Below are positions 1 through 8,387 of a stretch of DNA of 64,000 nt, piece after piece. The first letter of the stretch is position 1. Each line of letters begins with the position of its first letter. This stretch comes from an uncultured archaeon (lineage in GTDB: Archaea > Thermoplasmatota > Poseidoniia > MGIII > CAYLMJ01). The position numbers and the translations under genes were made by a program. Below the pieces are notes generated by a model that worked only from the letters and a program-made list of their open reading frames with translations, had not been told where the DNA came from and did no database searches. The DNA is taken from assembly GCA_964384995.1 (NCBI GenBank), contig CAYLMJ010000008.1, forward strand, positions 1,158 through 65,157. Direction: 5' to 3'.

Positions 1-411
1 TCCACCATCCCGGACCTCAGCGTCCTGGACCATCGGCTCATCCAGCTCTGGCCGGGCATCCAGGAGAAGACCAGCAACTGCGTGGCCCTGGCCCTCAGCC
101 TGGCCCTGCCACCCCACCAGGTCCCAAAAGCAAGGGAGGCCATCCTGGACCATGTGGCCGCAAACTCAGCCTCACCCGAGGCGGCGGTGGCCCTCTACGA
201 AGGCATCCAGGTCCCCCATCAGCTCACCGACCTCACCCACACAGCCAGGAGAGAGCGCGTGACCCTGGAGGATGTCACCAAGATAGCCAGAGCAAATCGA
301 GTGGTGCTGGAGCCGGTGGTGGGCTCAAGAGGACTCATCGGAGCCACCGCCGCCCTGGGCGGTCTCGATCTGGGTCCCGACATGGCCGCACCAGCCACCG
401 GCGTCCATTGA
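1..411 (+). CDS. Hypothetical protein, C-terminal part (ORF open at the 5' window edge)
   Basis: Frame 1 is open from nt 1 (STIPDLSVLDHRLIQLWPG...) into the listed 82-411 ORF. Codons are GC3-rich. No family recognised. Confidence 0.45.
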   Translation, partial: STIPDLSVLDHRLIQLWPGIQEKTSNCVALALSLALPPHQVPKAREAILDHVAANSASPEAAVALYEGIQVPHQLTDLTHTARRERVTLEDVTKIARANRVVLEPVVGSRGLIGATAALGGLDLGPDMAAPATGVH

Positions 412-542
412 ACTGCCCAAAGTCTCACCTCCTCCTGCCATTTAAGCATAGAACAACGACCAAGCGAAAGAAAACAGGGCGGGTAAGATTGTTTATTGGC
501 AACTATCACATCCTTTTAATACAATAACGTATACAGGAGGGT

Positions 543-884
543 ATGAATTCCATCCAGCACATCGATGATAGCAACTTCGAGGCCTTCATGGAACACGACC
601 GCGTGGCCCTGCTTCTTACCCGGAGCACCTGCGGCAACTGCGTCAACTACACCCAGGAGATCCAGGAGCTCATCGAGAAGGGGCGACTGGAGGACCTTCA
701 CATCGGCAAGGTCATCCTGGACCAGGCCGGCTCGGTGAAGCTGAAGAAGGCCAATCCCTGGATCAAGGACCTGGATTTCGTGCCCTACACCGTGCTCTAC
801 GACAAGGGGCAGAAGGTGGAGGAGTTCGCCGCCTCCAGGGGCGACTATCTCAGGCTCAAGGCCAGCATCGTCTGGGCCGACTGA
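543..884 (+). CDS. Thioredoxin-fold protein (CxxC = CGNC)
   Basis: 113 aa. Contains LLLTRSTCGNCVNY redox-motif context. AGGAGG Shine-Dalgarno 5 nt upstream of the ATG. TATA-like TTTTAATA at about 515-522. Confidence 0.7.
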   Translation: MNSIQHIDDSNFEAFMEHDRVALLLTRSTCGNCVNYTQEIQELIEKGRLEDLHIGKVILDQAGSVKLKKANPWIKDLDFVPYTVLYDKGQKVEEFAASRGDYLRLKASIVWAD

Positions 885-1131
885 ACCGCCTCAGCCTGCC
901 TTGCCTTTCCCAAATGCACTTCCTCACATCATTTGCCTTAAGCAGACGAACCACATGTGCCTCCCTTGCCTTTGCCGATAGCACAGGTTCCAATGCCATG
1001 GCTTCCATCAGCTCCACCATAAGCAGGGGCAGGGCCTGGGCCTAAAGAACGGAACAGAACAACAAAGCATGCGCTGAACAAATCAAGTGAGCCGCCAGGT
1101 GAGGGTCCTCAGGAAAGTGTGAGATGCCGCC

Positions 1132-1365
1132 TTACATCCCCATGCGCAGGAATCCCTGGGGGTTGGAGACCAATGCCTCCCACTGGTTGGTGGGCGCGCC
1201 TTCCTCGTACTCGCCGTCGTCCTGCTCGATGATTATCTCCAGGAGCATGTTGACGGTGTTGCGCAGGGAGTCCACTTCCTCTCGCAGTTTGGAGATGGTA
1301 TCGTTCAACTCGTTGATATCTTTGGAAGGGGTACTCTTGCTTGGCATGGTGGCGCATCCTGGCAT
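1132..1365 (-). CDS. Small acidic coiled-coil protein, unknown function
   Basis: 77 aa with GC3-rich codons and a heptad-like segment (INELNDTISKLREEVDSLRNTVNMLLEII). TATA-like CCTTTTATAGGG on the coding strand about 33 nt upstream. Alternative start at 1347. Confidence 0.5.
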   Translation of the reverse strand: MPGCATMPSKSTPSKDINELNDTISKLREEVDSLRNTVNMLLEIIIEQDDGEYEEGAPTNQWEALVSNPQGFLRMGM

Positions 1366-1539
1366 TGCTATATTGATTGTAGTTTGGAGCCCTATAAAAG
1401 GACTATGTCAGTAGCCTTCACACATATGTGATATTCACGGTCGAGAACCTCCCGGGCCGAGGAGCATGTTCGCTCCCACCCTCACCATGGCCCAATGCAG
1501 GACCCCGCACGGATAGGCAGAGACCCAGAGCCAGGAGCC

Positions 1540-2124
1540 TCAGTTCCCGGCCATCTTTACCAGCAGTTCCCGGCTGGCTCCCGGACCCCGGGCGAAGAGA
1601 TTGTCACCGGCGAACAGATGCGTTCCAGAATCTGGGCCGATGATCCACTCACCGTCCCGCTGGATGGCCACCACCCGCGCACCGACCTCCGAGGCCAGGC
1701 GCTGTTCACCCAATGTGGTGCCGTCCATCGGCGAACCGCTGGCGATGCAGACCTGGTAGATGTTGGCGTCGGCCTCGGCCGTGGCCAGGCGCAATACCGG
1801 ATGGGGCCCCACGTCCCGCAGCACAACGTCGGCTATCTCCCGGGCGGCGTCGCCGATGGCCTCCAGTGACTCGGCCAGGCGGATGATGGTCAGCACCCGG
1901 TCTATCTCCTTGGAGGCCACGTTGGCCAGGGCCTGGCGCTGGAGCTTGAACTGCTGTTCATCCATCCAGACCTCCAGGTCCACCACGGCCTGGGCCAGCT
2001 GCTCGTTGTCAGCCAGCAGGGCCGAGTAGGCCAGGTCCAGCATGAGCTCCGAGCGGTTCTTCATGGCCAAAAGCTCGGTGCCGATGGGCCCCAGGTTGGG
2101 GTCTATCTCCCTGTCCGCGCTCAT
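1540..2124 (-). CDS. PhoU-like plus TrkA-C (RCK C-terminal) domain regulatory protein
   Basis: Start taken at the internal Met (MSADREIDPN...), whose ATG overlaps the upstream stop by 1 nt. N-terminal PhoU-like helices (MLDLAYSALLADN). C-terminal TrkA-C pattern (GSPMDGTTLGEQRLASEVGARVVAIQRDGEWIIGP). Confidence 0.7.
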   Translation of the reverse strand: MSADREIDPNLGPIGTELLAMKNRSELMLDLAYSALLADNEQLAQAVVDLEVWMDEQQFKLQRQALANVASKEIDRVLTIIRLAESLEAIGDAAREIADVVLRDVGPHPVLRLATAEADANIYQVCIASGSPMDGTTLGEQRLASEVGARVVAIQRDGEWIIGPDSGTHLFAGDNLFARGPGASRELLVKMAGN

Positions 2125-2747
2125 CACAACGCCTCCTCGCCCCGGGCGAAGCGGAGCAGATGGGCAAAGCCGTCGGCCGTCCCGGCGCAGAGCATGACAT
2201 CCCCCTCCAGCATCTGAAAGTGGGATTCGATGCCAAAGTGCCACTTATCCTGCCGGCGCACCGCCACCACCCGGTTGCCGGTCTCGGTCTCCAGCTGCAA
2301 CTCGCCCACCGTCCGACCGGAAAGGGGTGAACCTGACGCCACCGGAAGGCGGTTTATCTTCTCGTCGGCCTTGGCTATCAGTCCCGGGATGAACGACAGG
2401 TCCGACCCTGTGTCCACCAGCTGGGCGATGTCGCTGGCGGCGTTGGAGATGGACTCCACGGCCCGGGCCACCTGGAGCACTCCCGACAGGGCCTCGGCCT
2501 CGTCGATGTTCTGGGCGGCCAGCATGGCGCTGATGCGCATGTGGTAGAGCAGGGTGTCCATCCTGCGCTCAAGATAGGTCACCTCCTCGGCTATCTCCTT
2601 GTCGTCCAGCAGCAGGGCGGAGTAGGCCAGGTCGGCCACCAGCTTGGAGATGTCCAGCATCTCGGTCAACAGCTCCCTGACGGAGGTGGGCGTGTACTCT
2701 ATCTCGCGGAATTGCTCGCCCTTCTCTCTCTGCCAGAAGCCTCGCAT
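2124..2747 (-). CDS. PhoU-like plus TrkA-C domain regulatory protein (paralog of 1540-2124)
   Basis: Start at MRGFWQ..., 12 nt after the upstream stop. Same architecture as its neighbour (MLDISKLVADLAYSALLLDD ... GSPLSGRTVGELQLETETGNRVVAVRRQDKWHFG). Confidence 0.7.
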   Translation of the reverse strand: MRGFWQREKGEQFREIEYTPTSVRELLTEMLDISKLVADLAYSALLLDDKEIAEEVTYLERRMDTLLYHMRISAMLAAQNIDEAEALSGVLQVARAVESISNAASDIAQLVDTGSDLSFIPGLIAKADEKINRLPVASGSPLSGRTVGELQLETETGNRVVAVRRQDKWHFGIESHFQMLEGDVMLCAGTADGFAHLLRFARGEEAL

Positions 2748-2758
2748 TCGTTTCAGTT

Positions 2759-3316
2759 TCAAATTACCAGACCTACCATCATTACAAGACACACGATGCC
2801 CGCCACGTCGCAACCGGTGGTCACGGCGGGAGGCACCAGATTATCGGGATCGAAGCCCCGGCGATAGCCCCAGAGGGCCACACCCACGGCCAGGAAGACC
2901 ACAAAGAGGATCAGCAGGAGACCGGTACCGACCATTATCACCATCAGCTGGAAAAAGGAAAGTTCCAGTTCGATGGGTAAAACCAGGGCTCCAAGGTATA
3001 TAAGGATAGCCAGGCCGGTGTAGGCCAGCACCCCCAGCAGCCCCGCCTCCTGCATCTCCTTTCTCAACGCCTCTGCCGCCAGCTTTGGCTCCATGGTACC
3101 ACCGTGCAGACCCGAGCTCAGCCGCGCCCCCAGGATTGAACCAACATTGCCTCCGGTGGCGTTGAGCAGGGGTAGCAGGGCCAGCAGGGCGGCGGTCTCC
3201 AGCAGGGCCGAGGCCGAATGGAGCAGGACCCGGCCGGCCAGGAGCTCCAGCAGCAGGGTCACCATCAGCAGGGGCAGGCTCTCGGCCACTATCCTCTCCC
3301 ACCGGTAGGCGTTCAT
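2759..3316 (-). CDS. MgtE/SLC41-family divalent-cation transporter membrane domain (half-size)
   Basis: Start at MNAYRW..., an ATGA overlap with the upstream gene. Motifs: NATGGNVGSILGARLSS and the C-terminal RRGFDPDNLVPPAVTTGCDVAGI typical of the MgtE TM domain. Confidence 0.75.
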   Translation of the reverse strand: MNAYRWERIVAESLPLLMVTLLLELLAGRVLLHSASALLETAALLALLPLLNATGGNVGSILGARLSSGLHGGTMEPKLAAEALRKEMQEAGLLGVLAYTGLAILIYLGALVLPIELELSFFQLMVIMVGTGLLLILFVVFLAVGVALWGYRRGFDPDNLVPPAVTTGCDVAGIVCLVMMVGLVI

Positions 3317-3870
3317 GTCACACCCCCGAAGAAGAGGGCCACGGCCACCATCAGCCAGAAGAGGCCCACCATGTCCCCGGCGGTGGTCAGCATGGGGGCC
3401 GTCACGTTGTCGGGGTCCAGTCCCCGGCGATGGCTCAGCCACACCACGCCCACGGTCACGCCCATCAGGCTCACCCCGGCGCCCAGCCCCGCCATCAGGG
3501 CCACGGCCATGAACACCAGCAGACCAGTCTCGGTCCTCCCGTCCTGGGCCACCAGACCGTAGCCCAGCAGGCCCACCATCAGGGAGCCCACCAGGGTCAG
3601 GACCAGGGCCGCCAGCAGGTTCTGGGCCAGCTCCCGGTTCCAGAACCGGCCGGGACCCCAGAGACCCAGATGCAGGGTGGAGCCCAGACGCGAGCCCAGT
3701 GCCACCTCCACCGAACCCTTCAATCCCAGCAGCGCCGGCACCATCACCAGCAGTTCCGGCCGCTCCCTGAACGGCTCAACCAGAAGGCCCAGGAGCGTCC
3801 CCGAGCCCAGTTGCATCAACCCGGCCAGCACTACAAGAGGCAGGCTTTGACGCAGGAGGGGGCTCAACAT
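3313..3870 (-). CDS. MgtE/SLC41-family divalent-cation transporter membrane domain (half-size, paralog)
   Basis: Start at MLSPLLRQ... (ATG at 3868-3870). Motifs: PALLGLKGSVEVALGSRLGS and HRRGLDPDNVTAPMLTTAGDMVG. The long N-terminal extension of the listed ORF is translation of a tandem repeat. Confidence 0.75.
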   Translation of the reverse strand: MLSPLLRQSLPLVVLAGLMQLGSGTLLGLLVEPFRERPELLVMVPALLGLKGSVEVALGSRLGSTLHLGLWGPGRFWNRELAQNLLAALVLTLVGSLMVGLLGYGLVAQDGRTETGLLVFMAVALMAGLGAGVSLMGVTVGVVWLSHRRGLDPDNVTAPMLTTAGDMVGLFWLMVAVALFFGGVT

Positions 3871-4025
3871 CGGCGGGGTCTCCCATTGATTTCTACTGCC
3901 CGAAAGTACCCTCGTTATAAGGATTGCCGACCCGGGACCAAACCTTAAGGCGACCTGCCCGCCTTGCCCCTTGATGCTCTCCCGGGGTACCGACCAAAGC
4001 CGACCATGGCGCCCAGCCACCTCAT

Positions 4026-4151
4026 GCGGAACCTGCGGAACCTGCAGAACATGCGGAACACGAAGAACACGCGAATCACGCGGAACATGGAGCCCAACTA
4101 CCTCATGCGGAACCTGCGGAACATGGGGAACACGCAGGAAATGGAGAACTG
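4026..4151. repeat. Degenerate 9-bp tandem repeat (about 14 units, consensus GCGGAACMY) in a divergent promoter region
   Basis: Read directly: gcggaacct gcggaacct gcagaacat gcggaacac gaagaacac gcgaatcac gcggaacat ... gcggaacct gcggaacat ggggaacac gcaggaaat ggagaactg. The block CTCATGCGGAACCTGCGGAAC recurs at an 81-bp offset (4021 and 4102). Confidence 0.85.
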
Positions 4152-4154
4152 GGC

Positions 4155-4183
4155 CCACCCTTTCCACCCTTTCCACCCTTCCC
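4155..4183. repeat. 9-bp tandem repeat CCACCCTTT x3 (C-rich on plus strand, G-run-rich on minus strand)
   Basis: ccacccttt ccacccttt ccaccctt ccc read directly. The minus strand reads GGGAAGGGTGGAAAGGGTGGAAAGGGTGG. Confidence 0.85.
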
Positions 4184-4206
4184 ATCGTGAACGGGCCCGG
4201 GGGTGA

Positions 4207-5124
4207 GTGAAAATGGCCGGAGGCGCAAGGATCGTGGTCCTGGCGGCCCTCTTTGGCAACGGGGCCATCTTCATCGTCAAGCTCGCCGCGGCCCTTATCT
4301 CTGGCTCATCGGCCATGCTGGCGGAGGCCTTCCACTCGCTGTCGGACACCCTCAACCAGGTCCTCCTGCTCATCGGTCTCAAGCTGGCCACCCAGCCCCC
4401 CGACGAGCGCCATCCCTTCGGCTATGGCCCCGAGCAGTACTTCTGGTCCCTCATCGTGGCCATGGCCCTCTTTGGCATCGCCGGCGGGCTATCGGTCTTC
4501 GAGGGCATCAAGCGGCTGGCCGACCCCCACGAGATCGAGGACCTGAAACTGATCTACGGCGTCCTGGCCGTGAGCTTCATCTTCGAGAGCTTCACCTTGT
4601 ACGTGGCCTGGCGCGAGGTCCGCCACTTCCAGCACGAGAACGGCTACTCCACCATCCGCGAGGCGGTGGCCGGCTCCAAGGACCCCGTGACCACCACCGT
4701 TCTGGTGGAGGACTCGCTGGCCCTGAGCGGGCTGGCCATCGCCTTCGTGGCCATCCTGGGCGTGGACAAGCTGGACATCATCTGGCTGGATGGTCTGGCC
4801 TCCCTGGTCATCGGCCTCTTGCTCATGAGCTTCAGCCTCTTCCTGGCCCGCAAGGTCAAGGGCCTGCTCATCGGCGAGGCGGCACGACCCGAGAAGGTGG
4901 CGGCCCTCAAGGAGGCCATCACGGCCCTGGAGCAGGTGGACAAGATCGAGGAGCTCAGGACCATGCACCTGAGCCCCGACCTGGTCCTGGTGAACCTGGA
5001 GGTGGTCTACGTCGATGGCCTGGACACCGATGGCGTAGCCCACGCCGCCAAGCTGGTGGACCGCACGGTCAGCTCTATCTTCCCCCACAACCTCTGCTAC
5101 GTCGAGGGCCAGCAGGAGGATTGA
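4207..5124 (+). CDS. Cation diffusion facilitator (CDF) family metal efflux transporter
   Basis: 305 aa. Motifs: SGSSAMLAEAFHSLSDTLNQVLLLIG and PDERHPFGYGPEQYFWSLIVA, with six TM segments and a C-terminal cytoplasmic domain. GTG at 4207 or ATG at 4213. Confidence 0.85.
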   Translation: MKMAGGARIVVLAALFGNGAIFIVKLAAALISGSSAMLAEAFHSLSDTLNQVLLLIGLKLATQPPDERHPFGYGPEQYFWSLIVAMALFGIAGGLSVFEGIKRLADPHEIEDLKLIYGVLAVSFIFESFTLYVAWREVRHFQHENGYSTIREAVAGSKDPVTTTVLVEDSLALSGLAIAFVAILGVDKLDIIWLDGLASLVIGLLLMSFSLFLARKVKGLLIGEAARPEKVAALKEAITALEQVDKIEELRTMHLSPDLVLVNLEVVYVDGLDTDGVAHAAKLVDRTVSSIFPHNLCYVEGQQED

Positions 5125-5192
5125 ACCAACCCCCTTTCCCTTCCTTCATCCCCTTCCCATCATCCTCCCTTCCCTTCCCTTCCCATCATCCC
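5125..5192. repeat. 68-nt G-free polypyrimidine tract with CCCTT repeats
   Basis: No G between 5125 and 5192. CCCTTCCCTTCCCTTCCC lies at 5167-5184. The 15-mer CCCTTCCCATCATCC occurs twice (5151-5165 and 5177-5191). Confidence 0.85.
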
Positions 5193-5609
5193 GGGTCCAC
5201 TCATCTCATAAGCAAGGCTCAGGCCAGGGCAGGTCATCCTACCGGTCCGACCCCTTGTCAGGACCCGTCGTCGGTTCCAATTAACTAAACTCCTTCCTTC
5301 TCATGACTCGAGCTCCTCCTCTGCTCCTCCTCCGTTCCTCCTTCCATCATCACTTCCAATTTCTCATCCAAATCTCTCCTACACTAACTTTATATAAGAC
5401 GAAACCCAACAACCTCTTGCTGGTAGCAAATGTCCTACACCCGTGCGAGGCTATTGCCTCAATACAGCGGCGTTGCAGAGCGAAGGCGCCCCAAGCCCTC
5501 GCTGGCCGAGTTGGTCAAATATCAACTGGGTCTGCTCGCCCCCTACTTTCGCAAGACGTGATCGTTCAGCCAGCCAAAGGGCTATTAGCCCGGTCCGGCT
5601 GAAGGCGGC

Positions 5610-8387
5610 GTGAAACCCAAGACAACGGTCCGCCTGAAGGTCGGCACCCTGGGGCTCAACGAGCCCGAGAACCTGGGCGTGGTCCTGGCCCTGAAGAAGG
5701 CCGGCAAGAAGCGTCTGGTAAAGGTCGCTACCATCAAGGGCAAGGCCACCCTGGGCCGTGAGAGGATCAAGGCTGGCAAATTCCCCAACTACCAAGGAGA
5801 GCTTTCCGACGACAAGGATATAAAGGAACACCTGAGGCAGACAGCCCGGGCCAGTCCATCTACAACAGCCTCCAAAGGCCCCGGCCAGGCCAAAGTCCAG
5901 CTGACCGAGAGGGAGCTGTGGGAAAGGGTCCACCGTCACTCCCTCCAACAGGATTCCAAAAGCAAAGAAGAGCCGCCCAACCTGAGCCTGACCAACCTGG
6001 CCGCCATCTGGTTCGACTCCCCCTCCCCTTCCGGCGCCCAGGTGAACGAGCTCCAAACAGCCCTGCAGGAATGGCGCCAGCGCGGCTTCGAGCTCTTTGG
6101 TCCCCACGGTCGCGGCTTCGTACCCCTGACCGCAGACCAGCAGAAGGCGAATCGACGGCAGGCCCAGGAGCTGAAGGAGCTCATCGGCGTTTTCAGGCAG
6201 GCCCGGGGCCTGGCCGAGGAGGAACTGGAAGAACAGGAGGAGGCGGGCGAGAACGAGGCAGGCGGTGATGATGGGAAGGACAGGAAGGACAGGAAGGACG
6301 AGAAGGAGCAGGAGGAGGACCAGCGACGCGCCACCTTCGCCTTCCCGCTGAAGGAGGTGGCACTCTCACCGGACCAGGAAGAGCTGGTACGACGGCTGTG
6401 TCCCCTGATGGCCGCCCACGTTCAGGAGGGTCATTGGCCCGACCACGGCCCCTTCGGCCAGGGGTTGGCATTGGCCGCCGGCTTCGACTGGAGAACGGGT
6501 CTGGAACGGCTGGCCAAGCTCCAGTCGGGCTCCAGGTACACCACCGATGCCACCGCCAAGTTCCTGCTCTGGCAGGGCCACTGGGAACCCTTGCAGGCCA
6601 TCGCGGCCCTCACCGAGCGCCATGGTGGCAGCGAACTGTTCCCCTTTGACCTGGATTACCCCGGTTACCTGGTGGGTCACACCGATCGACTGCCCGAGTC
6701 CATCGACGATGAGACCATAAAGGACAGGACCGACCTGCGCCATCTGACCTGCTACACCATCGACCCCCCCACGGCCAGGGATTTCGATGATGCCATCGGC
6801 CTGGAGAGCGAAGCTGAGGGCCTGAAGGAGGGTCAGACCGCACTGTGGGTCCACATCGCCGATGTCTCCCACTACGTGGAACCCGAGACCGAGCTGGACC
6901 AGGAGGCCTATAGAAGGGCCACCTCGGTCTACCTGCCCGACCGGGTCCTGCCCATGCTGCCACCCCGGCTATCCGATGACCTCTGCTCCCTGAGAGCCCG
7001 GGTGGACCGATTGGCCATGTCGGTCAGACTGGTGGTGGATGAGGCGGGTCAGGTGGTTGACGCCCAACCCTGCGACTCCGTCATCCGTGTCACCGAGAAC
7101 CTGGCCTACGATGAGGCCCTTGAGCGCGCCCATGCTGGCGACCCTCACCTGACCCCGCTCTTCGAACTGGCGCGGCTGATGAGAGTTCCCCGGCAACGCC
7201 TGGAGGTTGAGAGCAAGGAGCGCAAGATCCATCTGGACCCTGACCTCATCCGGCTGGAATGGAAGGAGCCCACCGAGGCCACCGAGGCCATCGAGACCTT
7301 CATGGTGGCCGCCAACGAGGCGGTTGCAGATTGGTTGACCGGACGCAAGGTTCCGTTGCCCTATCGCTGTCACGACCGGCCGGGTCGCAGTGCCATCGAG
7401 GAGCTCAACGAGACCCTGCGACTGGCCCAGCTGGACCTGGAGGTGGACCTCGACTGGGAGGCCATAGAAAGACTGCGAGAGGAGCTGGAACAGACCGGTT
7501 CCAAGACCGATGGCACCGACGAGGAAGGCGGGGATCTGGGAGCTACCCTGGCCGAGATGGCCACCACTTTTGGCGGCAACATCTCCCTCAAGCTTCCCGA
7601 GGGGATGGAGCAGCTGCTGGGGGACTCGGACGAGGCCGATGGCGAGACCGGGAAGAGTGAGGCCGACCTCTATCCCTCGGAAACGGAACTGGCCCTGGCC
7701 GAACTCTACCGGCAGGGTCTGAACCGGACCCTGAACCATCTCTATTCCCATCTTCCAGCCGACCTGGTCCCGGTGGTCCTGGGCCGCGTCCTGCGCACTG
7801 CCGGGGAGGCCTACTACACCACCTCGAACACCGGACACTTCGGCCTGGGGTCCCGGGGCTACTGTCACTTCACCTCCCCCATTCGCCGCTACCCCGACCT
7901 GCTGGTCCATCGCCAGCTGAAGGCCGCCCTGAAGGATGATGGGCCGCCCCATTCCCTGGAGGAGCTGGCCGAGATGACCGACCACTGCTCCCAGCGCTCG
8001 CGCCAGGCGGCGGCCTTCGAGTATCAGATCATCGACATCTGCCTGGCCCTTTTGGGCCATCTGGAAGGTCTGGTTGGCCACACCATCTCGGGACGGGTTT
8101 CGGGACTCATCCCGGCTCGCGTCTTCCTTCAGCTGGAGAATGGTTGCGAGGGCGCCCTCTCCACAAGGTCATTGGGAGCCAACCTGGAGGTGGACGCCAG
8201 TGGCGCTCTGCTGCTGGGTCCCGATCGGGCGATGACCGACAAGATGAGCCACCTCCCTTCGGGCCGAGAGCATGAGATGGAAGGTCCCTTGACCGAGGCC
8301 GTCCTCCGTCTGGGTCAGAAGCTGACGCTAAGGGTCGTTGGCACGGATCTGCTGGAAGGCAGGCTGGAAGTGATACTGGTCAAATGA
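5610..8387 (+). CDS. rnr: RNase II/R-family 3'-5' exoribonuclease (RNB domain) with long N-terminal extension
   Basis: RNB motifs: DPPTARDFDDAIGLE, SVYLPDRVLPMLPPRLSDDLCSLRARVDRLAMSV and HFGLGSRGYCHFTSPIRRYPDLLVHRQL. C-terminal S1-like segment. GTG start; the true start is uncertain. Confidence 0.85.
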   Translation: MKPKTTVRLKVGTLGLNEPENLGVVLALKKAGKKRLVKVATIKGKATLGRERIKAGKFPNYQGELSDDKDIKEHLRQTARASPSTTASKGPGQAKVQLTERELWERVHRHSLQQDSKSKEEPPNLSLTNLAAIWFDSPSPSGAQVNELQTALQEWRQRGFELFGPHGRGFVPLTADQQKANRRQAQELKELIGVFRQARGLAEEELEEQEEAGENEAGGDDGKDRKDRKDEKEQEEDQRRATFAFPLKEVALSPDQEELVRRLCPLMAAHVQEGHWPDHGPFGQGLALAAGFDWRTGLERLAKLQSGSRYTTDATAKFLLWQGHWEPLQAIAALTERHGGSELFPFDLDYPGYLVGHTDRLPESIDDETIKDRTDLRHLTCYTIDPPTARDFDDAIGLESEAEGLKEGQTALWVHIADVSHYVEPETELDQEAYRRATSVYLPDRVLPMLPPRLSDDLCSLRARVDRLAMSVRLVVDEAGQVVDAQPCDSVIRVTENLAYDEALERAHAGDPHLTPLFELARLMRVPRQRLEVESKERKIHLDPDLIRLEWKEPTEATEAIETFMVAANEAVADWLTGRKVPLPYRCHDRPGRSAIEELNETLRLAQLDLEVDLDWEAIERLREELEQTGSKTDGTDEEGGDLGATLAEMATTFGGNISLKLPEGMEQLLGDSDEADGETGKSEADLYPSETELALAELYRQGLNRTLNHLYSHLPADLVPVVLGRVLRTAGEAYYTTSNTGHFGLGSRGYCHFTSPIRRYPDLLVHRQLKAALKDDGPPHSLEELAEMTDHCSQRSRQAAAFEYQIIDICLALLGHLEGLVGHTISGRVSGLIPARVFLQLENGCEGALSTRSLGANLEVDASGALLLGPDRAMTDKMSHLPSGREHEMEGPLTEAVLRLGQKLTLRVVGTDLLEGRLEVILVK

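Noticed and set aside
936-1100. 54-aa minus-strand ORF (MVELMEAMALEPV...) in the 884-1131 spacer
   Set aside because: Its GC3 is low relative to genuine genes here. It overlaps the thioredoxin gene end and has no recognisable motif.
4026-4151. Possible CRISPR array
   Set aside because: The units are 9 bp, contiguous and degenerate, with no unique spacers. This is a minisatellite-type tandem repeat, not a CRISPR array.
3964-4210. Two 80-aa plus ORFs and the 105-aa N-terminal extension of the 3313-4185 ORF
   Set aside because: They are translations of the 9-bp tandem repeat (MRNLRNLQN..., CGTCGTCRTCGT..., VPHVPQVPHE...). The period is a multiple of 3, which keeps all frames open.
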